DNA of 64,000 bases from Octopus sinensis (taxonomy: Eukaryota). Positions 39,147 to 51,826 of this stretch are shown one piece after another. The translations under genes and the position numbers were made by a program. A model generated the notes under the pieces. That model did no database searches and was not told where the DNA came from. It saw nothing but the letters and a program-made list of their open reading frames with translations. The stretch covers positions 50,964,001 to 51,028,000 of the forward strand of contig NC_043002.1 in assembly GCF_006345805.1 (NCBI RefSeq), read 5' to 3'. Position 1 is the first letter of the stretch. The number at the start of each line of letters is the position of its first letter.

Positions 39147-40219
39147 TATATATGAGGATAATATCGATATTTAATATCCATATATCTAGGGCCAGCATGG
39201 AAAAATACCGTACAAAGGTAATAATTTTTAACAATTAAAAATAGGGTGTCTAAGAGACACCAACATGCCGAAATAGCAGTCGAAACTCTAACTATAAAAA
39301 CCACGTTAAGGGTCGTGTCGCACCATGAGATAAGACAGATAGACAAAATATACAAGCAAAAATTATGAATAATTCAAGATCCAGGATTTCTGTTTTGCTT
39401 TAAATAAGCTTTACCGTCATCGGTTGAATATATCAAGAGTACATAAATACAGATATATACATGCAGAACAAACGATACTTACATATACGAACGTCCATAC
39501 ATAAAACATATGCACGTATGCACGCGGCCAGTTAAATACCCGCCGAATCATCCCAAAGTACAACACGGTTAAAATAAACACCGCAGTGAAAATAATAACG
39601 AATTATATATATTTATATATGAGGATAATATCGATATTAAGTATCCATAATATCTAGTGCAGCATGGGAAAATACCGTACAAAGGTAATAATTTTAACAT
39701 TAAAATGAGGGTGTTAAGAGACACCAACATGCCGAATGCAGTCGAAAACTTAACTATAGAAACCACGTTAAGGGTTCGTAGCACCATGAGATAAGACAGA
39801 TAGACAAAATATACAAGCAAAAATTGAATAATTCAAGATCAAGGATTCTGGTTTTGCTTTAAATAAGCTTTAACCGTCATCGGTTGAATATATCAAGAGT
39901 ACATAAATACAGATATATACATGCAGAACAAAGATATACTTACAATACGAACGTCCATACATAAATACATATGACGTATGCACGCGGCCAGTAAATTACA
40001 TAATTAAATAATCTTATTATGTACTCTTGATATATTCAACCGTGACGGTTAAAGCTTATTAAAGCAAACCAGAAATCCTGGATTTGATATTCAATAATTT
40101 TGCTTGTATATTTTGTCTATCTGTCTTATCTCATGGTGCGACACGAACCTTACGTGGTTTTATAGTTGAGTTTCGAGCTATTTCGGCATGTTGGTGTCTA
40201 TAGAACCCTCATTTTTAAT
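39147..40219. repeat. Two tandem copies plus one inverted partial copy of a ~400-470-bp unit
   Basis: Units at about 39147-39610, 39611-39995 and inverted 40015-40219; 15-bp direct repeat tatataaagatatat at 39132-39146 and 40220-40234. Confidence 0.85.
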
Positions 40220-40267
40220 TATATAAAGATATATATATATAATATATAATTATATGTATATATATAC

Positions 40268-40298
<31 letters not shown>

Positions 40299-40324
40299 TG
40301 TATGATGTATGTATGTATGTTGTA

Positions 40325-40371
<47 letters not shown>

Positions 40372-40400
40372 TATATATATGTATGTATGTATCTATACAC

Positions 40401-40616
40401 AGATGGGGAGTGTTGAAAAGGCTTTGATTTTCGGTAAAAGAAAATACAGGAGGATCAGTTAAATATGATTTTATTCAACATATTCCCCTCTCAGATTCAT
40501 GCGCTCATTGTAGCGGTCCTACAGTGTTTTTAAGCCCTGTACAAGACCTCGTAAGTTTGAACCTCTAACCAGGCCTTTTGTGACAACCCTAAAGCCAGGA
40601 ACATCTTAGCACCTCG
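40401..40616. mobile_element. mariner-derived MITE (same family as 22961-23163, opposite orientation)
   Basis: ggggagtgttgaaaag...aaagccaggaacatcttagcacctcg; shared internal sequence. Confidence 0.6.
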
Positions 40617-41178
40617 TCACGGGTGTGTTGTGTGTGTGTATTCCTTTATTCTTTTATTTGTTTCAGTCACTTGACTTCGACCATGCTGGAGCATCGCCTT
40701 TAGTCAATCAAGTCGACCAATAGCACTTATTCTTAGTAAGCCTAGTAATTACTCTATCGGTGTTATTTGTCGAGGAAAGCGAGCTAACAGAATTTTTTTA
40801 AAAAGTTCGTTATTTATATATTGAATCAATTTCTGGATTAATCCTATGGATTTCCCCTCTTCAGTAGAAAATACGATAAGAAATAAATGAAATACTTACA
40901 CGGAGCCATGGGAAAAAAACAAAAGCAAGAATCATGAGTACGCATAAGTACCTCAGTTATATCTAAATGTACAATCCTTTAGCCAGCCTCAGCACACGTG
41001 TGCGCTGTTCTGAACCACTTTTGATGAAATTTTTTCTGAAAAAAATGTTATCCTATATTAGTAGTAGATTTATTACCATTCACTTAGGGACTGGTAACCC
41101 CTATAAGTTGTAGTTATATATATATATAATATTGGGTAACATACATTTATTTATTATAGGCTTACAACTTATTATTTG

Positions 41179-41359
41179 CAATTTTTCCAATTTTACTACA
41201 TTGAGATAAGCAAGTACTTTCATGAGTTACGCGATCATCAGGTTTATGTAGTGACAACTGTGTCAGCTATGGAACACGACTATCACTACATAAACCTGAT
41301 GATTGCGTAACGCATGAAAGTACTTGCTTATCTCTATGTAGTAAAATTGGAAAAAGTTG
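41179..41359. repeat. Inverted repeat with ~76-bp arms and a 28-nt spacer, each arm carrying a hammerhead-like motif
   Basis: 41179-41254 versus 41283-41359: 3 substitutions and 1 indel. Confidence 0.9.
41290..41331 (+). ncRNA. Minimal type I hammerhead ribozyme motif (canonical CUGAUGA...GAAA core)
   Basis: AUAAAC-CUGAUGA-U UGCG UAA CGCA U-GAAA-GUAC-UU-GCUUAU; stem I has 5/6 pairs; palindrome AAGUACUU suits a dimeric stem III. Confidence 0.6.
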
Positions 41360-41491
41360 AAAGTTCATTGATTAATACACACAAACACACACACACACAC
41401 ACACATACACACACACACACATACATATACATGCATACATACATTCATACATGCATACATACATACATACATACATACATACATACATACA

Positions 41492-41524
<33 letters not shown>

Positions 41525-42545
41525 GTACGGGCGCGCCCATGTGTGTGAATATTTCTTCTGTCGTCTACGCAAATGTTATCGAAAAAGCACAACCGAATGA
41601 CCCTATCTATCCTTGGCTCCAAGCTAATATCACTAAACTACTACTTATGATAACCATCAGCAATATGCCACTTTCAACGCCACTGTAACTATTACCACAG
41701 ACACACCCACACATATGCATATATATACATACAAACAGATATAAAGATAGAACCGGGAAGAGGAAGTGATGCGTGATGCTTAGATAGAGAGATTGATAGA
41801 CAGACAGACAAACAGACAGACATGCAGACAGACAGACAGGCAAACAGACAGATAGATAGATAGATAGCTAAATAGATATTTCGAAATTAATATATATGTG
41901 CTGCTCTATGCTTATGTTTGTACATCGTGCAAGTAGGCCCTCCTTTTGGAATACGGTATTTTAAACGCAGCTGCATGCTTCTCTTGTTAGTTTGTGGCGT
42001 ATATTTGCCAATTTACCGATTTGACCTCGTATATTTATATATTAAATTAGTCGAACATATTCTAATTTATAAGAAGGTTTCCAATGTCCTTGAGTAACTC
42101 ACAAAATATTGTGATCATCAAGATGTTATATATTATCTGTGTTTGGCAGATATGTTTATACTGATCGTTAGTGGTGCCTCTTGTTGACTGACATCGCCTA
42201 TCGGCTGATTTTGATGCCACTATTTGTAACAAGACGATGATCAGGCAATCTATAACTGCAGAAACCCTTCAACAGTAACAGGTTCAAACAGAACTGCTTC
42301 ATGTCCTTGTCAACTATATTAGAGCCATTTTAATAAGATACTTTAGATTGCGAAATGTTCAAATACTTACACTTTTCAAAAGTGTAAGTATGACAGTAAT
42401 ATCTTAATGTAGCTATAAGAACCTAGTTGCTATAATTCTATCATAGCCAATAAGAATAGAAAGATATCCTATTGAAATGTAAACATGCCAATGAAGAAAT
42501 GTCAGGCTTGTGGTTATTTTTGCTACTATTAATGATTTTTTTTGG

Positions 42546-43031
42546 CCTTGAGTATAATACGCGGGGGATTTTTAGGGGGTTGTACCTCTGAAAAACTTAA
42601 ACCTTGTGTATAATACGCACCCCTTCTCTAACTTGAGTCAAGGAGGTCTGTATAATGTCCTTGGTATGTAAAAATGTATACGGTAACGTACTTTATTATT
42701 ATTGTATATATAACATAATGCAAATGTGTAGCTTTTTTGTGCATTTTGTTTGCAGAAAATAAAGAAATAATAGCAATAACGTTTAATAAATGTTACTTAC
42801 TGCAAGTTATGGATGATTCTTTTATGAATTCATTGCTTTCATTCTTAGCTTAAGTTATTTTCGCGCCCGACATCACAAAATCCGTCTGAATAAACATTGC
42901 CGGACAGCACATAGAGACTCGGACATTGCTTAGAAAATATTTTTCCTTTTTAACTTCGTATATAGTACGCACTAGGGATCTTGACCTTGAAATTTTTGGA
43001 AAAAATGCGGATTATACTCGAGGATTTACAG
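42546..43031. mobile_element. pogo/Tigger-like Tc1-mariner superfamily MITE remnant
   Basis: Right TIR (reverse complement ctgtaaatcctcgagtataatccgca) plus TA; truncated left match ccttgagtataatacgc. Confidence 0.5.
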
Positions 43032-46000
43032 TATTTTCAAAGTTGTTGCAGAGTTGACCATCCAGTTTTACTTTTATGTGCAGGGAAGCGAGGCGCATAT
43101 CCCACGCGTCCTTTTTAAGACGGTTAGAATAAGATTGGAAGGAAATTTGGTTGCTATTTCTAACATTTCTAGTTACCACATAGATGTTTCATTGTGGAAT
43201 TGGAAGTTTCTGGACGGTGGATAGAGCTCCTTGGTGAGCCTGGTATGAGAAAATCGAACCTCTGTCATGTCATACTCTACCGTAATGAAAATTAAAGAGA
43301 CGTATAATCCTGGATAACACTGTCTGAAAAAAGTAAGATGTAATGGTTTTTTTGTCCATAAGACTGCTGTATCAGACCTGATTTGGGTCTAAACAACAAT
43401 AAGAGAGAACTAGAACTTAAAGGCACAAGTGATAGTTGGTCTGTTTCATCTAAAACAAAAAGTGAAATGAAAAGTAAATGATTTAATTATAAAATAATAT
43501 TAAATGAAATTTGTGCTAAAACATTTGTTCAAATACCGAGACATGAATTATATACTAACATTTTCGATACAGCTCGTTAAAAAGAAAATATATATTTTGA
43601 AATACGTTTCGTTATACATAAGAATGTATGATGTTCAAGCATTTTTTTCTAGAAATGTCGTTACACAGTTTAGAAATGTAAATCAAAATAATAAAATATA
43701 TTAAATATCTATCAATTAACACACGCGTTAATATGCATTAAAATTCCGTTTGCAAACCGGAGTAAATCATTGTTGCTATTCAGCACCAGCCCGGTATTGA
43801 TCAAACTGGTCTACTTATCTACATTATTGGAAATAAATATACGTTAATACTTAATTTGACAGTTACAACAGACGGTACAGATTTTGTCATTTAAACGATG
43901 TCTTATTCTTATTTTAATTTTCATCTCCATAAGATTTAACTACATGCTTTTAGAGAGTGTTTTCAATGATGATAATGTTAGAAATATAGAACAAAGTTAT
44001 AATTATATACGTGAAAACATGTAACTTAAATAAATAAGGCATGATGGGAGAATCTAAAGAGAAAAATAACTAGTATTGTTATTGATTACATATTATCAGC
44101 TTGTGCTATAAGCCCTGGCTAGCAAATAGAGCGCCAAACACAGACACACACGAGTGCTCGTACACATGCATACACGCACACAAATATACAAGTGGTACTA
44201 AAAGAATGCTTCTTTTAATACAGACCAGACATAAACATATCAATCGGAGATTCTCAAGTACAACCGTTGGATCACTGCACTGAGATTATTTCGATATATG
44301 TTCTACTTCTGAGTTCAAATCCCATTGGATTCAGGTGTACACTTCATTTTCATCTCCCAGTGGTAATTAAATAAAGTAATAATCATGTTTTTGGTCAGTT
44401 CTTCAGTGTGAAACAGAAAATTTAATAATCATGTCACAAATAAACACATAAGTGATTGCTATTCGTATTCAATGAACACTAAAGTTCAGTTTGCTAATTG
44501 AATGAATAATTAATCCTACATTATAACTTTTCAAGCCAATCATCAAGTTTGTTTTCATTATAATATATCTAATTATATTGTGCTTTTTCCTTCATTACAC
44601 ACACACACACACACACACAAACACACGCGCACGCGCACACACACAAACACACGCGCACGCGCACACACATATGCCCAAGTTTCACAAAGATTACACCCTA
44701 AAGTGGGTTTGGCGAAAAGTAAACACTCTAAATGATAAGAAGACAAGGAAAATCCTTTAACACATCTTTAATGATTCGTTACAATTATTTCTGTACCAAC
44801 TCTATTCGCAACGCCAGTTTACACAAAAATTCGAAATGAAAATTTACGTAATGTTTGCAGTTTCAGACATTTGAAAGGCACGTCATCAGACTTGCATCAA
44901 AGATATGCTGTCGTTACATTGTGCGTCTTCCATACCTTGGTTTTTGCTTTATATTGGGAGGACGCACACAAAAATGAATAAAAGTGTGATTATGGGATGA
45001 GTAAGTAGGGGGTGGGTAATTTAAGAGGGTGTGGAGAAATCAAGAGGAAGGATGCGAAGAAGTCAAAAAACAAGGGCTGGAAGATGCACAATGTGACAGC
45101 ACACATTGATCTTCACAACCGTTATTGTATGTGTACATCCCGTACCTTAGCGGTGTGGCATAAAAGATCGATAAAAGTAAGTATCAAGCTTTAAAAAATT
45201 AAGTACTGTAGTAGATTCATTCGACTACAACACTTCAACTTATAGCTCCAGATTGATCTCAGTCCAAAAACTAAAACATTGTAAAAAAAAAAAAGAAAGT
45301 AACGCTGTTTGATTGAAGTATTTATGCTCTTTCTACATAAACCGAGGAACGCCACTGCCCGGCATCTTTCACTGAAGAAGAGATAATCACTCCGAAATGC
45401 TTGCGTCTCACAGTCTGAATTGGTTGCACTGCGAGCTGATTTAGTCGTATTTACATCATTTGTCTACTTCGAGAAATTTTCTTCATGACAAAACACAGTG
45501 AATGGCTTGTATACGAGTTCGAATCTGTTACTGGCATATCCAAACTGGTAATAACATTGTATTTTGAAACAATATCAATGTTTGTCACTTCGTCCAATAA
45601 ACAAGGCAGAGCAGACCAAGCTTACAAATGCTACAATACATTATTTTATTATTTACCCTCACGGCACACTAACCTATAATATTTTCTGAAAATCTCACAT
45701 ATAGTTTCACAATATCAATATAATGGACGTGAATGTAGAACATTAGTATTTATTGGTCTTTTAGAAGAATACTTCGTATTCAGACAGGAGTGGAGGGAAG
45801 AACGATCAAGTTATTATTTCGCAATAACCCCTACGTATGCTACCACCTTTCACATATTAAATGAATCAGTGTCTGATGTGTATTGTCTAAACGGACAATA
45901 TATACATCACAAACCTCTCTCACAAATCTGATAAACTCACATGTATAGTGACATCTGTCGAGTATTAAATGACACTGTCAGCTCTTTCTTTTTTGCATGC

Positions 46001-46163
46001 TTTCTCCATTTTCTTCATTCCTCCCTCTCGCTCTCTCAGCCGTTAAACTCTCGCTCATTCACTCTGTCACTCCCCCTCTCTGTCTGTCTGTCTTTCTCTC
46101 GATGACTCTCGGTCTCTGCCTCTCTCCCTCTCCCTCTCCATCTCTCCGTCTCTCTGTCTCAAG

Positions 46164-46220
<57 letters not shown>

Positions 46221-46221
<1 letters not shown>

Positions 46222-46647
46222 GTCCAACAATTTCCGACCTGTGGGCTTATGTCGAACAACTGCTGTCACGTGTGGGACGAGTCGGTTTATCAGCTGAGTC
46301 TATCGTCAATATTGTCACGCCTCCTTCCTTCAAACGGGAAGGAAGAGCTATTTTCATCATCCTTGTGGCTATGGCGAAAGAATGTATCTGGTGGACGCGT
46401 CTGAAAGGATTGGAGACAAACACTTTCCTCTCTGGTCAATCTCTCATCAACTTCTTCAAGTACCACTTGAAAGGAAAGTGAGAGTAGAGAGGCAAGTTTT
46501 GTCTAGCGAATGTTTTAAAAAAAGATGGGTGAATGTAGCAAGAATGGCACGTATGAATGACGAAGCCACCTTGAGCATAGTCCTATGAACCCAGAAATCG
46601 AAAACAGAGAGTTGCTTATTTGCAAAAAAAAAAAAAAAAAAAAAAAA
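46221..46647 (+). mobile_element. L1/Tx1-clade LINE 3' end with poly(A) tail
   Basis: CPTISDLWAYVEQLL...AMAKECIWWTRLK...LINFFKYHLK/VRVERQVLSSECFKKRW (one frameshift), stop, A24 at 46624-46647; begins right after (TATC)n. Confidence 0.7.
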
Positions 46648-46798
46648 GAAATATAAAATGTGACTTCATTGACCGAGGTTACCGTGGTCTTTTCCGCAGG
46701 CTTTTCTTTCCACGGGTAAACCTCACCTGTCCTCCCCTTTACACTTCATATTGACATTTCTGTGATAACGATCCCTATTGATCATTTTTTTTCCTCTC

Positions 46799-46837
<39 letters not shown>

Positions 46838-46992
46838 CCCTTATTTTGTCCTCTTTCTCTCCTTTTACGATCCCTTTTGATCGAACCTCCCCCTTTTTTT
46901 TTTTTTTTTTTTTTTAATACCTTCAAAAGAAAAGCTCTACCTTGTAATTTGTTCTATCTGTGTGCAGCCCTGTGTGGCTAATAAAGAAACAT
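46648..46992 (+). mobile_element. 3' end of a second LINE family
   Basis: Short ORF end IKCDFIDRGYRGLFRRLFFPRVNLTCPPLYTSY*, pyrimidine-rich UTR, terminal gccctgtgtggctaataaagaaacat. Confidence 0.45.
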
Positions 46993-47192
46993 ATCTATCT
47001 AATCATCTCTGTCTCCCTCCTCCTCTCCGTCTCTCTCTTCCTCTAACCCTTCCCCTCCCTCCCTCCCCCTCCCCCTCTCTCTCTCTCTATATATATATGT
47101 ATATAATATAACTTTGATAACTTTAATAGGTTTCGGCCAGTATAGGCCCAGACCATGTCTAACTAAATAACACCACCTTGTATATATATATA

Positions 47193-47560
47193 TAAGAAGC
47201 TTGCTTCCCAACCACATGGTTCAGGTTTCAGTCCCACTGCTTGGCACCTTGGCCACATATTTTCAACTATAGCCTCGAGCCGACCAAAACTATGTGAGTG
47301 GATTTGGTAGACGGAAACTGAAAGAAACCCGTAGCTTATATATGTATGTATTTATGTCTGACTTTGTACACACCACCATCGCTTGAAAACCGATGTTGTT
47401 GTGTTTATGTCCTCGTAACTTAGTGGTTTTGCAAGAGTGACTGAGAGAAAAAGTACTAGGCTTACAAAAAATTAGTTCTGGGATTAATTTGTTCGATTAA
47501 AAAAGCAGTGCTCAGCACGACCGCAGTCAAATGACTGAAACAAGTAAAAGAATAAAAGAA
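47193..47560 (+). mobile_element. SINE family A
   Basis: Standard body and tail. Confidence 0.75.
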
Positions 47561-47643
47561 TATATATATATATATAGATAGAAAGGTAGGTAGATAGATA
47601 AATAGATAGACAGACAGACAGAGAAACAGACACACAGCTAGAC

Positions 47644-47714
<71 letters not shown>

Positions 47715-47742
47715 TAAGTAGAGATATGCAGATATGCATTCA

Positions 47743-47786
<44 letters not shown>

Positions 47787-47791
47787 ACTGT

Positions 47792-47826
<35 letters not shown>

Positions 47827-47849
47827 TATGTGTGAATATATACATAGAT

Positions 47850-47948
<99 letters not shown>

Positions 47949-47949
47949 T

Positions 47950-48157
47950 ATACAGGGAGAGTTTACGAAAAAACAAAAGACGAAAACAGGTTGTGTACAA
48001 AACAAACAGATATATTAGTATAACGCTCAGGAATAGAAACAGTCTTTTACGTTTCGAGCCTACGCTCTTCTACAGAAAGGGACAGAAAAAACAAGGAGAG
48101 AAACAAGGAGAGAAAAAAAATGTGTGTAGTGGCTAACGATCTATTATGGTGACTGTT
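47950..48157 (-). mobile_element. Penelope-like pLTR fragment carrying a hammerhead-like motif
   Basis: Homologous to 13841-14091; abuts (TA)n. Confidence 0.55.
48044..48079 (-). ncRNA. Minimal type I hammerhead-like motif (variant core CUGUAGA)
   Basis: CUUU-CUGUAGA-A-GAGC GUAG GCUC-GAAA-CG-UA-AAAG. Confidence 0.45.
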
Positions 48158-48830
48158 TATATATATATAAACACACACACACACAAGGTCTGGAAGTCGC
48201 ACAATGTGACAGCACACGTTGATCTTCACAACCGGTGTTGGTATATGTACATCCCGTAACTTAGCGATGTGGCATACATACATACATACATACATACATA
48301 CATACATACATACATACATACACTTACACACACATGTATATATAACCATTTCGTGAATTTCAAATCTACGCCGTTTTTCCTATCGTCTGTCTATTCCCCT
48401 TTTTTTCTGTTCACTTTTACCTTCACTTTTCCCTTCTACAATATTCCTCCTCCTCCTCCTCCTGTCCCCTTTTCTCATCTTCCACCGCCCCTTCATTCTC
48501 CTCCACATCGTATTTACATTACATTTACCTACATCACATTCATTCTTTTCTTATTCTTTCTTCTTCATTTGTGTTATATTTCTTAATATATTTTTATTCT
48601 ATTTTATCTATGGTTAATGCTGTTTTTTTAATTACTTTTTTGCCTTAGTTTCTTCCTATGATCTATCTTTCATCATGCTGTCATTCCTTAAATCAATCTT
48701 CGGGTTGCTTTTTTTTCTGTATTTTCTTTCATATACTTATATTCATTTTTTTTCACTTCTATTCCCTCCTATCTTATTACTCCTCTCTTTATTTCAAGGA
48801 AACGCAACTGTTTCTGTCTCTCTGTTTCAC

Positions 48831-48872
<42 letters not shown>

Positions 48873-48913
48873 AATATTTACATATACAAACACATATTCG
48901 TACATCTATCTAT

Positions 48914-49010
<97 letters not shown>

Positions 49011-50300
49011 AACTTAATTATTATCGCCTAATCCGTGTTTGTGTAGTCACTCTCTTTCATACATTCAAGTTTTGGTGATTTTTCTCTCTTTCTATCTTTA
49101 ATTTTTTTTCATTTAATTTTGCTTTCTTGTTACTTGTCGTTATAAAGCTAATAATCTACATTTTAGTATTAGTTAATACAAATGAGTATCCTTTCCTTTT
49201 ATTTCTTCACGTATTTTTGTTTTACTTGCACATTTTCTTATTACCGTCTATTAGTTTTATTTTCTTTCGGTCTTGTCGTTTTTCGTTGCCGTTTTTATAC
49301 TATATATCTTATTTTCATTGCCATCCTTACTTAAGTCAATTCTAATATTATACACAATTAAGAAAGAAATCGTGCCAATAAGGAAACCGTTACGTGGTAG
49401 TTGTCTCTACTAAAAATATAAACCTTATCCCCATCAAATTTCGTATGTGAAAAAAGGTCACATTTAATAACTTAGCTGTAGAGATACTATGTAAGGAAGA
49501 AAGACCAGATGATGTGGTTGGAGAGGCTTAGCTGGGGTTAATCAAGAATAAAAGCAATTCCAAACTTGAGTCATGAACCTGTTAGAAAAAGCAGCTAAAT
49601 CTCATTCAGATGTTTACTCATCAACCACCTGAAGCCTTACATGTCAGAAATTGCTGCTATATGTCAACAATCAAATAAAGCTCGACTTGCTAGAAATAGT
49701 CGCCAATGTCACTCGTATCTCACAGTTATCTTAATAAAAGAACACATCGGATAATGTATTCCTAAACTCATACACGGCATGCCTCCTTATTTATTAATCC
49801 ACCCAAGGTTTTAATTATGGAAAAATTACCAAAATTTTATGAAGCTTAAGATTAGCGTATTCCAGATCCTTGTTAGTTAAATATGATGTTTTCCTTCAAC
49901 TACAAAACATCTTGTAGCCGCAACACACAAAAATGCATACACTAAAACCTATTTCAATACAAAAGACTCGAAATAACATGTGATCCTTTTCTTACCTCTC
50001 TCTTTTTCAATTGTGATATATATATATATGTGAAACTTATGAATACGTCCAATATATTTTCAGTTTAACTATAATATAAAAACATTTATTGTGTGAAAAT
50101 GTATTTTTCTATTTTTATTTTCATGCAGTTAAATACATAGAATAAAACTATTTTATTTCATGTTAAGGAGTTAAACTTATTTTGGGCTAAATTTGACAGT
50201 GTTCATAAGAGAAAAAGAAAACACAGTTTCCTTTTCAAAAATAAAAGTACTTTAAATATTATAAAAGATTATTACTAGGAGATAGCTCTTGATACAAACT

Positions 50301-51409
50301 AACCGGCCTCGGTTTTCCCCATGACCTCAAGACGATTCTAGAACCTGGCTCATGCGTTCTTCACTGTGTCTCTGGGAAGATCATCGAACGCATCCTTGAT
50401 TTTGATCACCAGCTTCGTCTTCGTTTTGGAAATAGAGCAGTTGGTCTCTTTCAATTGCGTCTCACACACAGTAATCCAATGGATTATAATCGTGGGAATT
50501 CGGAGGCCAGAAATTTAGGCTGATGAAGCCGTAGAAATCAGCTTTCAGGAGGTATGACAAGGAATAGAATTCTGCAGCAACCACGTCTTGGTAGATCAGT
50601 CTCCAGCAGCTTCACAAAGCGGTTTCAACTGAACCTAAGGTCCTGTCCAAAGATGTCGGTGGCATGATATCATCCTCACCAGGGACACCCTCAAAGTCAT
50701 CACGGTTTGGAGCAACTGGGTTTTCATGCGTGGGTGATCAGATGGATTGTAAGCGAGCCACCCGTTTTTCCTGGTGTTCCGTAACTTGCTCTGCCAGAAG
50801 TTCTTTTCATCTGAGAAGAACCAGATCCTTTCCGGCTCACAAGGATGGCTCGGCTTGTTACGGAGCTTCTTTACCTTCGTCAAGTGGTTCTCCTTGGCCT
50901 TAGCTGCCAGAATTTGTTCCCTATACCTCTCGCACGAGTGGTAGCGAATATCTTCATTTAGGGCCAGCTTCATGATGAAGACTCAACACCCTTTTCTCTC
51001 ACCAAAGACCGGATTTCCTTGCTCAGATCATCCATCACTTTGTTCTGAAATTGCTGGATAGAGTCCGGCGTGCGAACGCCGTCAGAACACTTGTTGTGTC
51101 AGTTCCTGTAGACCACGACTTGGTAGTCTCCGTTGCAACTGTTCATGTCGTGTCTTACATGCTTTACAGCATCCTCAGATTGTTGAACAGCAGTCACGAT
51201 GTTGCGTTTTGATAGCTGATGCGAATCATCATGAAACTGGCAAATCTCTTCCAATATTGAAATGGTTACCAGTCTTCCATGTCAGTCAACTTTTTCTCAG
51301 CTACAACTTTAATCTTTATGTTCTCCAACGTCGGTGACTGTTCACAAATACATCACAATGTTCCTGAAAAAAAGGAAACAAAAATATCATAATTAGCTCG
51401 AACAACCTG
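50301..51409 (-). mobile_element. maT (DD37D-like) mariner-superfamily transposon, decayed
   Basis: Minus frames IWFFSDEKNF, QNSIPCHTS (QDSAPCH-like) and FWPPNSHDYNPLDY; one TIR-like end (reverse complement caggttgttcgagcta) plus TA at 51410-51411. Confidence 0.8.
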
Positions 51410-51561
51410 TATGTACATAAACAAAATTTGACACATTTTCAACCTCTTCTCTGTATTTTACACACTCACACACAAAAACACACATACACTCACACTCACA
51501 CACATACACGCACACAGACACAGATACACATACGCACTAAAACATACACACACAAACAAGC

Positions 51562-51600
<39 letters not shown>

Positions 51601-51762
51601 AGTGTGTGTGTATATATATGTATATATATACATATATATACATACATATATATGTATATATATATGTATGTATATATATGTATATATATGTATATATATA
51701 TGTATATGTATGTATATATATATATATATATGTATATATATGTATATATATGTATAGGTATG

Positions 51763-51826
<64 letters not shown>

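Noticed and set aside
39240-39300. Hammerhead within the tandem/inverted block (ccGAAAtagcagtc)
   Set aside because: There is no CUGANGA upstream; the ggtgtct/agacacc hairpin does not fit the topology.
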